A stretch of DNA of 64,000 bases, taken from NCBI GenBank assembly GCA_964597885.1, contig CAZQZX010000008.1, positions 576-64,575 of the forward strand. The letters are read 5' to 3'. Each line of letters opens with the position of its first letter. Positions within the stretch are counted from its first letter, which is position 1. The notes beneath the pieces were generated by a model, which saw only the letters and a list, made by a program, of their open reading frames with translations, searched no databases and had not been told where the DNA came from. Position numbers and translations under genes: made by a program. This document shows, piece by piece, positions 10,113 through 19,550 of this stretch. Source of the stretch: an uncultured Planctomycetota bacterium (GTDB taxonomy: Bacteria; Planctomycetota; JACOTG01; JAUIME01).

Positions 10113-11867
10113 TTGCCGCGAGCCCGCGCATCGAGCCGTCGACTCCCCCTGCGATGCCGCATCGTGCTGGCGTCGATCGTCGTCTGTCTTGCGGCACCGG
10201 TCGTGGCCGCGCCGCAAGCGACCGACGAAGCGGCGAGCCGGGACCGTTCCCGGGCGGCGCTCCACGAGCTCCGGGACACCGATCTCGTGAGCGGCGGCCT
10301 CATCCTGCCGTTCGCCCGGGACTTCGCGACGCCCGCCGACATCGGGCTACCCCAGGAAACGGCGACCTTCCCCAACGACATCGGCGAGAGCTTGCGGGGC
10401 TGGTTCGTCGACCGCCCCGGAACCGACCGCACGATCCTGATCTGCATGGGGAACACCGGGAACATCTCCCACACGCTCGAGTACGTGCGCTTTCTCTACG
10501 AGGGCGGGTTCGACGTGTTCGTGTTCGACCCGCAGGGATTCGGCGGGAGCTCGGGGCGGGCCAGCGTGTTCTCGCTGCCCGGCGATGCGGCGGCCGCTTA
10601 CCGATTCCTCCGGGAGTCGAAGAAGCGGGATCCGTCCGACATCGCGATCCTCGGGATCTCGCTCGGCTCGATGACCGCGCTGATGGTCGCGGAGCGTGAG
10701 AAGCCGGCCGGCGTGGTGATCGAGTGCCTTTTCGCGCCATCCCGCCAGCTCGATCAGCTGCGAGCGTACGCGAGCGGCGGGCGGATGACGGATCTCGGGT
10801 TCTCCCTGCTCGAAAGGGTGGGGCTTCCGATCGTGGATCCCTACCCGCGTCTGCCGCGCATCGAGTGCCCGATCCTGTTCGTCCACGGCGTCGACGACGG
10901 GCTGTTGCCCCCGGGCGCCTCGATCGAAGCCGTGCGACATGCGACGTCCCCTCGACTCTGGCTGATGGAAGGCGCCGGCCATTCGCCGGAGCTCCTCGTC
11001 GGCAACGATCGCGAGCATGCTCATCAGATCGTCCGGCTGTTCCGCCAGGCTTTCGGCGATGAGCCCTTCACGAACCCGGAGGTTTCGCTCGCGCCTTCCG
11101 CCGAGGATCCGCGGGTCGTGCGGATCGAGATCGCGTCGCCCTTGCCGCGCCGAGCCCTCGAGATCGCGCTGGTCGATTCCGCCGACCGGATCGAGATCGT
11201 TCGCCTGATGAGCGACGCGCCGGAGGAGCGGCGCACGCTGCGGCCGAAGCTCGAGGCCGTCGACGCTCACGCGGTCGAGATCGGGTTCTTCGTCGATCGC
11301 GGCGACGGCACCTGGGAGCCGGATCTCTCGGAGCTGTCGGTCTCGTATGCGGCACTCCGCCGGTTCGAGCAAGAGCAGCAGAAGAACGCGTTTCCGACGT
11401 CGTTCCGTTTCCTGCGGCAGGGCGATGTGCGATTCGGGACCCGCGGGTTCGACGCGAAGAGCACCACGTGGCTCCGCGAGAATCTGCCCGACCCGGGCGC
11501 CGTCCACCCGCGGATCCGTCCGCTCTATGTGCCCTTGATCGCGCAGATGTCGCTCGGCGTCGCGGACGAGCGAACGCGCGAGGAGCTGGCCCGCATCGCG
11601 CTCCGTTACTTCCCGGAAGACCCGGGCCGCCACTTCGAGCTCGGGAACGCTTCGTTTGCACTCGGCTTCGACGGTCTGCTCCCGGCGCGTGCCTGCCTGA
11701 GCGCCGCGAAGTCGTTCCTGCGCGAGGGGGAATTCGCCCGAGCGCGCGAGCTCGCGGCGCAGTACCTCGAACTGCTGCCCGAGCGATACGGGGCCGGTCT
11801 CACGCCGGAGGCGATCGCCGCCGCGGACTCGGTCGAGGATCTCGAGCACGAAGAGATCGAGTACTGA
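10113..11867 (+). CDS. Secreted alpha/beta-hydrolase with C-terminal extension
   Basis: Signal peptide; GISLG nucleophile elbow, LFVHGVDDGLLP (Asp), EGAGH (His); start uncertain. Confidence 0.8.
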   Translation: MPRARASSRRLPLRCRIVLASIVVCLAAPVVAAPQATDEAASRDRSRAALHELRDTDLVSGGLILPFARDFATPADIGLPQETATFPNDIGESLRGWFVDRPGTDRTILICMGNTGNISHTLEYVRFLYEGGFDVFVFDPQGFGGSSGRASVFSLPGDAAAAYRFLRESKKRDPSDIAILGISLGSMTALMVAEREKPAGVVIECLFAPSRQLDQLRAYASGGRMTDLGFSLLERVGLPIVDPYPRLPRIECPILFVHGVDDGLLPPGASIEAVRHATSPRLWLMEGAGHSPELLVGNDREHAHQIVRLFRQAFGDEPFTNPEVSLAPSAEDPRVVRIEIASPLPRRALEIALVDSADRIEIVRLMSDAPEERRTLRPKLEAVDAHAVEIGFFVDRGDGTWEPDLSELSVSYAALRRFEQEQQKNAFPTSFRFLRQGDVRFGTRGFDAKSTTWLRENLPDPGAVHPRIRPLYVPLIAQMSLGVADERTREELARIALRYFPEDPGRHFELGNASFALGFDGLLPARACLSAAKSFLREGEFARARELAAQYLELLPERYGAGLTPEAIAAADSVEDLEHEEIEY

Positions 11868-11876
11868 GCTTCGGAC

Positions 11877-11935
11877 GCGGTCCGTTCGCGACGTCGAGCG
11901 GTCCGTTCGCGACTTTCGAAGGGGGATCCGTTCGG
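11877..11935 (+). promoter_or_regulatory. LytTR-type direct repeat site
   Basis: GCGGTCCGTTCGCGAC at 11877 and 11898 (21-bp period); core TCCGTTCGC copies separated by 12 nt; third copy TCCGTTCGG at 11927; a LytS/LytTR pair lies downstream. Confidence 0.6.
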
Positions 11936-11979
11936 GTCACGCGTAGCTAACGCGGACCCGAAACTCGAAAGGAGCCCCC

Positions 11980-13023
11980 ATGAGAACTCTCGCGCTCGTC
12001 ACTCGCTGGATCCTGCCGGCGTCGATCCTGTTGCTCGTCGGCCTCGACTCGGCTCGAGGCGATGAGGTCCCGTTCCTGCGATGGCACGAGAACGTCGACG
12101 CGGATCGACTCGCACTTGGTGGATACGATCCGGTCGCGTACCTGCAGGACGGTCGCGCGGTGCGCGGCGAGGACGATCTCGAGGCCTCGCACGAAGGCGT
12201 CCGGTACCGTTTCGCGATCGACGAGCATCGCGATCTGTTCCAGAAGGATCCCGACCGCTACCTGCCGGAGTTCGGGGGGTGGTGCGCCTACTCGCTCGGC
12301 GTCGATCCGAAGACCGGGGCCGTGCCGCTTCGAGTGAAGGCGGACCCGCGGAGCTTCCAGGTGATCGACGGCCGCACGGTTCTGTTCGCGCGATTCCCGA
12401 GCTTCGACGCGCGAAAGACCTGGAACCAGGGCGACCCGGCGGCGCACCTCGAGCGAGCGCGCGCTTTCTGGAAGAGCCGGGAGTCGCTCGCGGCCTCGGT
12501 CGGCGCCAAGCCGGAGGGTCTTCACCCGATGGCCGTGCTCGAGACGGTGCAGTTCGACTTCTTCGTCGGCGAATGGGACAGCCGCTACAAGGTGCGCGTC
12601 GACCCGAAGCAGCCGGGCTATTCGCAGGAGATCCGCGGAACCTGGAAGGCCTGGTACGGCTGGGAGGGCTTCGCGATCTACGATGACTGGTCGCAGGTCG
12701 GAGGACGTCCCGGCAACAGCGGACCGGCCATTCGCTCGTTCGACCCCGTCTCGCGCAAGTGGATCATGCACTACATCCCGATCAACGCACCGCTCAGCTC
12801 GGTGTGGGCGATGACGGGGGAGTTCGACGAGAAGGGGTGGCTCCACGCGGAGATGGAGGCCTCGGACGGCCGAGGGAAGTTCCTGCAGCGCGTCCATTTC
12901 GTGAACATCAGCGAGGATCACTTCTCGTGGCGATCCGACCGGTCCTATGATGGGGGCGAGACCTGGATCGAAAACTGGGGGATGGGAGAGAACCATCGAG
13001 TCCGAAAGACGAGAGGCACCTGA
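11980..13023 (+). CDS. Secreted YHS-domain protein fused to a DUF1579-like C-terminal domain
   Basis: ALGGYDPVAY...GVRYRFA...RDLFQKDPDRYLPEFGGWCAY (YHS); QFDFFVGEWD...FSWRSDRSYDGGETW (DUF1579-like); SD AAGGAG. Confidence 0.8.
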   Translation: MRTLALVTRWILPASILLLVGLDSARGDEVPFLRWHENVDADRLALGGYDPVAYLQDGRAVRGEDDLEASHEGVRYRFAIDEHRDLFQKDPDRYLPEFGGWCAYSLGVDPKTGAVPLRVKADPRSFQVIDGRTVLFARFPSFDARKTWNQGDPAAHLERARAFWKSRESLAASVGAKPEGLHPMAVLETVQFDFFVGEWDSRYKVRVDPKQPGYSQEIRGTWKAWYGWEGFAIYDDWSQVGGRPGNSGPAIRSFDPVSRKWIMHYIPINAPLSSVWAMTGEFDEKGWLHAEMEASDGRGKFLQRVHFVNISEDHFSWRSDRSYDGGETWIENWGMGENHRVRKTRGT

Positions 13024-13060
13024 GCGAACGGACGGAAGGGCCGTCGCCGTCGCACCTCGA

Positions 13061-14134
13061 GTGGAGTCCGAGGTGCCGTGGTCGACGCACGTCGTCGCGT
13101 GGCTTCTCCTGGCAATCCTGCTCGCCGCGATCTTTGCGCTGAGCGATGCGCTCTCGGGGCGGATCGTCTCGATGCCGTATCTCGGGGCGCTGGCGCTTCT
13201 CTGTTCGGCGCTCTGGTTGCTCTCGGCGCCTCTCATCTGGCGCTTCACCGCGCTGGGTCAGTTCTCGACGCCGGGGTCTCTGGAGCTGCCCCTCGCGCAC
13301 TTCGCGGTCTCGATCGTGTTCGCCGTGGCCTGGACGGGCGTGTTCTCCGTGCCGATGTGGTGGGTCGGCCCGCTGTTTCTCGAGGCCTCGCCGACCCTTG
13401 CGCAGTCTTTTCGCGGCGCCTCGAACTACTTCATTCTGCCGTCCGTGCTCTTCTACTGGCTGGTGGTCGGTGCGCGCTGCGCGTTCGATCTCTCGACCCG
13501 TCTCGCGAGCGAGGAGACACGGCGGGCCCGGGCTGAGGAGCAGCTGGTCCGGTGGCGCCTCGACGTGCTGCGCATGCAGATGAGCCCCCATTTCCTCTTC
13601 AACACGCTGAACACGGTGTCCGGGCTGGTCCGCACGAATCGCGGCGAGACCGCGGTGGCGATGATCGCGAAGCTCGGGAAGGTGCTTCGCGGATCGCTCG
13701 AGGAGGATGGTTCGGGATTCGCGCCGGTCGAAGGCGAGCTCGCGGCGATCGAGGACTTCGTCGAGATCGAGCGTTGCCGGTTCGGCGACCGGCTGGACTT
13801 CGCGGTCGAGGCCGACCCCTCGATCGTCGAGCACTCGATCCCGCGCTGGATGCTTCAGCCCCTGGTCGAGAACGCGATCCGACACGGGCTCGAGGGCGAC
13901 CCCGACGCGGGACGCGTTCGTCTGCGGATCGCTCCCGACGGTCCGTGGCTGCGGATCGACGTCGAGGACGACGGGGCGGGCCTCGCCGAGGACGCGACGC
14001 CGGGAGTTGGCCTTCGGAACACGCGGCAGCGGCTCGAGGATCTGTACGCCGATCTCGGGCGGATCGATCTCGATCGTCTCGAGCGAGGAACGCGGGTGAC
14101 GATCCGGATCCCGCTCGAACGGACCGAGCCATGA
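13061..14134 (+). CDS. LytS/YehU-family sensor histidine kinase
   Basis: Several N-terminal TM helices; MQMSPHFLFNTLNTVSGL, LQPLVENAIRHG, DDGAG, GVGLRNTRQRL; start uncertain (ORF open from 12947). Confidence 0.9.
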   Translation: MESEVPWSTHVVAWLLLAILLAAIFALSDALSGRIVSMPYLGALALLCSALWLLSAPLIWRFTALGQFSTPGSLELPLAHFAVSIVFAVAWTGVFSVPMWWVGPLFLEASPTLAQSFRGASNYFILPSVLFYWLVVGARCAFDLSTRLASEETRRARAEEQLVRWRLDVLRMQMSPHFLFNTLNTVSGLVRTNRGETAVAMIAKLGKVLRGSLEEDGSGFAPVEGELAAIEDFVEIERCRFGDRLDFAVEADPSIVEHSIPRWMLQPLVENAIRHGLEGDPDAGRVRLRIAPDGPWLRIDVEDDGAGLAEDATPGVGLRNTRQRLEDLYADLGRIDLDRLERGTRVTIRIPLERTEP

Positions 14135-14877
14135 TCCGCGTCTTCGTGATCGACGATGAGCCCGTCGCGAGGCAGAACGTCGAAGCGCTTCTCGGCAAGT
14201 GCTCCGACGTGGAGGTCCGGCTTTCTTCCGGCGATCCGGTCGATGCGCTCCGGAGGATTCGCGAGGAGCCGCCCGATCTCGTGTTCCTCGACGTGCGCAT
14301 GCCGCGGCTCGACGGCATGACCTTCCTCGTACGGATGCGGGAGGATCTACCGGAAGAGCGAAGACCTTATGTCGTCCTCGTCACCGCGTTCGACCGTTAC
14401 GCGCTCGAGGCGTTCGAGTACGAAGCTCTCGACTATCTCGTGAAGCCGTTCGACACTCCGCGGTTCGAGACGGCACTCCGTCGGGCTCGCGATCGGATCC
14501 GTCAGCGAAGAGCGGTCGCGGAAGCGGGCCCCGAAGTCCGAGCGGCCGCGTCCTCCGAGCGTCTTCGCTTCAAGGTGAGCGGGGGGGAGGTGCTCCTCGA
14601 TCCTTGCGAGATCTGCTGGGTGGAGGCCGTCGACCACTACGTGCTCCTTCACGCTGCGATGCGGAGCTACCTCGTGCGGCTGACGATGTCCGAGGCCGAG
14701 AGGCGGCTCTCGCCGCACGGCAGCGTGCGCGTGCACCGGGGCGCGATCGTGAACATCGCGTGCATCCGATCGCACGAGCGGTTGGCGGACGGATCGCGCG
14801 AGCTCGTGCTCTCGGAGGGCAGCCGCGTGCGGGTCAGCCGACGTCGCTGGCGCGAGATCCGCGAGCGGATCGAGTAA
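14131..14877 (+). CDS. LytTR-family response regulator
   Basis: VIDDEP, LVFLDVRMP, FDRYALEAFEYEALDYLVKP; LytTR domain VRVHRGAIVN...VSRRR; ATGA overlap with the kinase. Confidence 0.93.
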   Translation: MIRVFVIDDEPVARQNVEALLGKCSDVEVRLSSGDPVDALRRIREEPPDLVFLDVRMPRLDGMTFLVRMREDLPEERRPYVVLVTAFDRYALEAFEYEALDYLVKPFDTPRFETALRRARDRIRQRRAVAEAGPEVRAAASSERLRFKVSGGEVLLDPCEICWVEAVDHYVLLHAAMRSYLVRLTMSEAERRLSPHGSVRVHRGAIVNIACIRSHERLADGSRELVLSEGSRVRVSRRRWREIRERIE

Positions 14878-14933
14878 GCGCCCGATCTTCCGGCGCCGGC
14901 TCGGCCGCGCTCGCTCAATGGCTTCCGTCCGGG

Positions 14934-15482
14934 CTACGCGGCCTGCTTCTCGCGGCACTCGACGAGCTGCGCTTGCGCCTCGCGCATCCGCTCCTCGGCC
15001 CGTCCCAGGCTCGCCCACACCTCGTCGATGTAGCCGTCGGCCGACGCCGACCAGGCGCGGTTGATGTTGCGCTCGCCGTTGGCGAAGGCGCTCATGATGT
15101 CGGCGTATCGCTGCATGCCGAAGAGCGGAATGAGCGACTCGCGCGATTCGACGAAGTCGTTGAGATCGTCCATGAGCTGGGCGTCGATCTGCCCGTGAAC
15201 GTCGAAGACGTCGATCGAGTCCTTGGATTCGTTCATCGCGCCGATCTTCGTGACGAGGCTCGCAACCGCTTTCTCGAGCGCCTCGAGGCCGCCGCTGTGC
15301 GCTTCGGTGTCACCCTTGGCGGCGGCCGCGTGCGACCGCACGAGCACGAGCCCGACGAGCATCGCTCCCGCGCACGGCGCGAACTGTCCCCACTTCACGT
15401 GGTCGACCTCGGCCGTCGCGATGAAGGCGCCCGCGAGAAACCCGATCATCAGAAACACGTAGCCGATCTGCTTGGTGGTCAC
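14934..15482 (-). CDS. Hypothetical membrane protein (2 N-terminal TMs plus helical domain)
   Basis: GTG 15482 preceded by AGGAG; 10 nt downstream of the OPT gene; motif ERNINRAWSASADGYIDEV. Confidence 0.75.
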   Translation of the reverse strand: MTTKQIGYVFLMIGFLAGAFIATAEVDHVKWGQFAPCAGAMLVGLVLVRSHAAAAKGDTEAHSGGLEALEKAVASLVTKIGAMNESKDSIDVFDVHGQIDAQLMDDLNDFVESRESLIPLFGMQRYADIMSAFANGERNINRAWSASADGYIDEVWASLGRAEERMREAQAQLVECREKQAA

Positions 15483-15492
15483 GGGGCGACTC

Positions 15493-17298
15493 CTACAGGT
15501 TCTCGATGACTTTGATGATCGCGTGTCCGACACCGACGAGAGCCTCGCCGACGATGAAGCCCGCGGCGATCGGGATGCCGACGTTCTCGACCCACTCGCG
15601 ACCCTTGGCCTTGTCCGCCCAGATGCGCAGGAAGTTTCCGATCGTGTACGTGAGCACGATGTTGAACGGCATGTAGAAGCCGAGGCCGACGAGCACGCCG
15701 ATGCCGCCGAGACCCGAGAGCGCGAACAGCAGTCCGAGCGTCGCGCCCGAGATGTAGCGATACTCGGGAACGTCGCCGCCCACCACGCCCTGGATCATGC
15801 TGGCGAGGGCCTCACCCTGCGGCGCGGGCAGTGTGTCGGAGCCGAGCGTGTACGCTTCGTGCAGCACGAAGATGAGCCCCATGATCAGGATCGGGCCGAG
15901 CCACGTGCCGAGGTACTGACCGATCTGCTGCATGCGTGGCCGCGCGCCGACGAGATAGCCGGATTTGAGGTCGAGCATCATGTCGCCGGCCTGCGAGATG
16001 GCCACGCAGATGGCGGCCCCGATCACGACCGACGCGACGATCTGCTGCGTGTCGCCGAGACCGCTCGCCACGAGGAGCAGGATCGTCACCGCGATGAGCG
16101 TCATGCCCGACAGCGGCGACCAGTTCGTGCGGCCGAGGCATTCCGAGACGATGACGCCGGCCACCCACACCCATAGGGTTCCGAGGATGGCCATCGCGGC
16201 CGCGCGCGGGAGCGACATGCCCGGGCCCGCGTTACCCTCGGTGTCGACGACGCCTCCGATCGAGAAGAGCGAGACGACGATGAGCGCCACGAGCCCGATA
16301 CCGATGCCGATGTACAGCAGCTTGATCGGCATCTCTTCCGCGGCGATGTCTCCGCCGGCGCCACCCTCGGCGCGCTGCTTGGCGGCCTGCTGCATCGACC
16401 GGATGGCCGAGAGGATCAGCGGCGCGGCGAAGAAGATGCTGCCGACCGCGGCGCCGATCAGCATGCCGATGCCGGTCGGTCGGAAGAGCGTTCCGCGGAG
16501 CGCGCCCGCTGCGCCCTCACCGGCGGCCATCTCCTGGACGGCGGTCGAGCCGGCGAACGAGAGGATCGGGGCGAGGAACCAGTAGCACAGGAACCCGCCC
16601 GCGCCGAACCACAGTCCGCCCTTGCCGGAGAGGAAGCCGACGCCGATCGTCATGATCGACAGGTAGAAGACGATGTTCAGGAAGTCGGGCAAGCCGAGCT
16701 GGGCGCCGAGTGGCCAGTCGTGATGGTCGCCCATCGCGACCAGCACGAGCAGATGCGCACCTCCCGAGAAGGCGGCGGCGGCGAGCAGGATCATTGTCTT
16801 GCGAAGGCCGGCGCCCGGCGACTTCAGGATCGTCGCCACCGCGATACCGCCGGGGTACGCGAGGCGGTTGAAGTCGATCATCTGTTTCCGGAGCGGGATG
16901 ATGAAGCTGAGCCCGAGCACCGCCCCCGCGATGCACGCGAAGATCATGAGCGGGGGACTGAACTCGACCGCGCCCGGATAGCCCTTCGAGCTCAGGATGA
17001 AGAGCGCCGGCACCGAGAACATCATTCCCGAGGAGGCGCCGTTCACCGCCGAGGCGATGGTCTGGTTGATGTTGTTCTCGACGATACTCGTGCGGCGGAG
17101 CACACCGCGCAGGATTCCCCAACCGAGGATCGCGGCGAGCTCGGAGCCTTCGATCGAGAATCCGAGGATGAGCGCGGCGTAGCCGATCGAGATGGCGATG
17201 ATCGCGCCGAGCAGATAGCCCACGAGAAGCGCGGACCAGGTGAGCTCGGGGTACGGGCCGTAGTGGATGCGGCGGCCCTTCGACGAGGTGCTGGCCAA
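15493..17298 (-). CDS. OPT/YSL-family oligopeptide transporter
   Basis: PELTWSALLVG...SIVENNINQTIASA...LAYPGGIAVATILKS, NWSPLSGMTLI, AGDMMLDLKSGYLVGARP, LPAPQG; highly hydrophobic. Confidence 0.92.
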   Translation of the reverse strand: MASTSSKGRRIHYGPYPELTWSALLVGYLLGAIIAISIGYAALILGFSIEGSELAAILGWGILRGVLRRTSIVENNINQTIASAVNGASSGMMFSVPALFILSSKGYPGAVEFSPPLMIFACIAGAVLGLSFIIPLRKQMIDFNRLAYPGGIAVATILKSPGAGLRKTMILLAAAAFSGGAHLLVLVAMGDHHDWPLGAQLGLPDFLNIVFYLSIMTIGVGFLSGKGGLWFGAGGFLCYWFLAPILSFAGSTAVQEMAAGEGAAGALRGTLFRPTGIGMLIGAAVGSIFFAAPLILSAIRSMQQAAKQRAEGGAGGDIAAEEMPIKLLYIGIGIGLVALIVVSLFSIGGVVDTEGNAGPGMSLPRAAAMAILGTLWVWVAGVIVSECLGRTNWSPLSGMTLIAVTILLLVASGLGDTQQIVASVVIGAAICVAISQAGDMMLDLKSGYLVGARPRMQQIGQYLGTWLGPILIMGLIFVLHEAYTLGSDTLPAPQGEALASMIQGVVGGDVPEYRYISGATLGLLFALSGLGGIGVLVGLGFYMPFNIVLTYTIGNFLRIWADKAKGREWVENVGIPIAAGFIVGEALVGVGHAIIKVIENL

Positions 17299-17465
17299 GG
17301 ACGTCCCTTTCTTCCTCGAGGTCTTGCGACTCGCGCCCTCCCGCCCGCGGGCGAGGGGCGTCTAGCGCCGGAAGGGGAGCCCCCACCGGCCCGGACGGGC
17401 GTCAGGGTATCCGAGCCGCGACCGGAAATCCAGGGGGCATGCCGGGAGAGCGGCCAGTGGCGGGC

Positions 17466-18728
17466 TCAGCGCACCTCGACGCGGGCTCTCACGTTTGCCG
17501 CGAGGCCGGCGGCGAGCCATTCGGCGCTCTCCGCCGTCAGCCGATCGACGTTCTCGCCGCTCAGGACCGCGAGGCGATAGCGAAGCACGAGCGGCCGACC
17601 GGGTTCGAGCTGCCCGGCGAAGTAGGAGCCGAAGCGTCCGTAGTCGCGCGTCGAGTAGACGCTCTTCGGGTTGTCGGGATGATCCGCGTGGAGGACCACG
17701 TGGGTTTCGCCTTCGATGTCGAAGCGCCCGAAGACCCAGGAGCAATCGACCCAGACATCGTTCCCGGTATCCTTCGCGCTTGCGGGCCGCGTGTAGGTCG
17801 TCTTCGACTCCTGGACTTCCTGCGCAGCGCGGAACTGGAAGCCGGCGTGCTGCGGGTCGCCGTCCAGCACGACGGGCGCGCCGCTGGCCTCGAGCGTGAT
17901 CGTGTAATCGAAGATCCGCGGATACCCCACGCGACCATGGATCACGACTTCCCGCGTGTCGCGGAGCGCCTCGGTGCCGTCGGCCCCGATCCATCGGGCT
18001 GATCGCCGGACCGTGGCCGAATGCTGGCGGATGGAAACGTCGTCTACAACGGCGTCGGTCCGGTAGTGCGCGCCTTTCTTTCCGTGCCAGAAATCGTCGA
18101 CGCGCCCATGGTGCCCCGTCTTCGACCAGCCGACGAAAGCGCCGCGATGATGCGAGTAGAGACCACCCGGTCCCTTCGTCAGGCGCTTACCCGAGTGCCC
18201 GTAGAGGTGATCGAACGATTTGAACGTCGGCTCGTGGTTCTCGCTGTCGTAAGTCCCGATGGCCGTCCACACCGGCTTTCCGTCGAGTCGTAGCGAGACC
18301 TCGCGGTCCGCGCGCTCGATCGACCAGTTTCCCACGAGGACCTGCCGCATCCCGTCCGCGGAAGCGGCCCGGTCGATCACGAGCTCGTACTCCTGTTCGC
18401 GCGATCCTTCGAGCCACTGCAGCACAACCTCGGTCGGCGCGGCGCCTTCGTCGTCCGGCAGAATCCGGTAGTCGACCGGAAGAATCGCACGGGAGGACGT
18501 CCTCAAGTAGGGACGGGCGTTGCCGCGCCGGATGGCCTCGGCCGTTGCCGCGTCGATGTGGCCCGGAACCGTGAGGACGGCTTCGGCCTGAGCCGCCATG
18601 AACTCGGTGTCGGAGGCGTCCACGATGACGTGGACCGAAGGCTCCGCGGCCGCCGCTTGCGCCATCGAGAGACAGCCGAGGGAGGCGCAGATCCAGATGT
18701 GTAGGAGATTCTTCATGGTCTCAAGCAT
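17466..18728 (-). CDS. Secreted DUF6807 ('PmoA-family') protein
   Basis: Signal peptide; HHRGAFVGW, GDPQHAGFQFRAAQEV, DHPDNP...YSTRDYGRFG, LVLRYRLAV. Confidence 0.75.
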   Translation of the reverse strand: MLETMKNLLHIWICASLGCLSMAQAAAAEPSVHVIVDASDTEFMAAQAEAVLTVPGHIDAATAEAIRRGNARPYLRTSSRAILPVDYRILPDDEGAAPTEVVLQWLEGSREQEYELVIDRAASADGMRQVLVGNWSIERADREVSLRLDGKPVWTAIGTYDSENHEPTFKSFDHLYGHSGKRLTKGPGGLYSHHRGAFVGWSKTGHHGRVDDFWHGKKGAHYRTDAVVDDVSIRQHSATVRRSARWIGADGTEALRDTREVVIHGRVGYPRIFDYTITLEASGAPVVLDGDPQHAGFQFRAAQEVQESKTTYTRPASAKDTGNDVWVDCSWVFGRFDIEGETHVVLHADHPDNPKSVYSTRDYGRFGSYFAGQLEPGRPLVLRYRLAVLSGENVDRLTAESAEWLAAGLAANVRARVEVR

Positions 18729-18812
18729 GGCATGAATCGCTTCGGATCGAAAGAGGCGTTGACGGTTCGTTCCCGGGGGGCTTAGACTCCGGGCTCACCC
18801 GGAGGCTCGAGC

Positions 18813-19550
18813 ATGAAGAACGCAACGATGGTCGGATTCGCGGCCGCGGTCACGGTGACCATGGTGGTCCTGAGCACCGATCCGCCCGAGGGCGCCACCC
18901 GTCTGGTCGGCCCCGAGGGTGCCACGGCCTGGCGGTCGGCCAGCGACGGCAGCCCGCACGGGTGGACCTACGCCGACGGCGTGCTCGAGGTGAACCGGCC
19001 GGCCGGAGACATCGTCACGGCCGAACGATACGAGGACGTGTTCTTGCACCTCGAATGGCGATCGCCGGAAGGTGGCGAAGGGCAGCAGGCCGCGAACAGC
19101 GGCGTGAAGATCATGCGCCGGTACGAGGTGCAGATCCTCGGGACACTGGTCGGCGAGGAGCCGAAGGCCAACGGCGCCGGCGCGATCTACGCGCATCGCC
19201 CCGCGTCGAAGAACGTGACGCGCGGCCCGGGCGAGTGGCAGACGTACGACATCTGGTTCCGCGCGCCGCGCTGGGACGGCGACACCAAGACCGAGAACGC
19301 GCGGATGTCGGTTCGCTGGAACGGGGTGCTCGTCCACGACGACGTCGAGATACCGCGCGGGACCGGCGGGAGCCCGCTTCCCGAGAAGCCCGGACCGGAC
19401 TCGATCCTTCTGCAGGCGCACTCGTCGAAGGCGAAGGGGGAAGTCGCGTTCCGCAACGTCTGGACGCTGCCGCTCGCCAAGGCGCCGGATCCGCGACAGC
19501 CGGTCGAGGCTCCTCCGTCGGATGCTGCCGCGGGCGAGGGCACCGAGTGA
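18813..19550 (+). CDS. DUF1080 (3-keto-disaccharide hydrolase-like) protein
   Basis: GDIVTAERYEDVFLHLEWR, ANSGVKI, YEVQIL, GEWQTYDIWF, SVRWNGVLVHD, ILLQAH, VAFRNVW. Confidence 0.88.
   Translation: MKNATMVGFAAAVTVTMVVLSTDPPEGATRLVGPEGATAWRSASDGSPHGWTYADGVLEVNRPAGDIVTAERYEDVFLHLEWRSPEGGEGQQAANSGVKIMRRYEVQILGTLVGEEPKANGAGAIYAHRPASKNVTRGPGEWQTYDIWFRAPRWDGDTKTENARMSVRWNGVLVHDDVEIPRGTGGSPLPEKPGPDSILLQAHSSKAKGEVAFRNVWTLPLAKAPDPRQPVEAPPSDAAAGEGTE

Noticed and set aside
11877-11935. Direct repeats as a mini-CRISPR
   Set aside because: Only 2-3 short copies with 5-nt gaps between the 16-mers and no cas genes; LytTR site geometry fits better.
11980-12400. YHS protein as a selenoprotein
   Set aside because: The GGWCAY position is TGC (Cys); there is no in-frame TGA.
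17466-18728. 'PmoA family' label implying methane oxidation
   Set aside because: Soluble secreted DUF6807-type protein with no pmoC/pmoB; the name is a database artefact.
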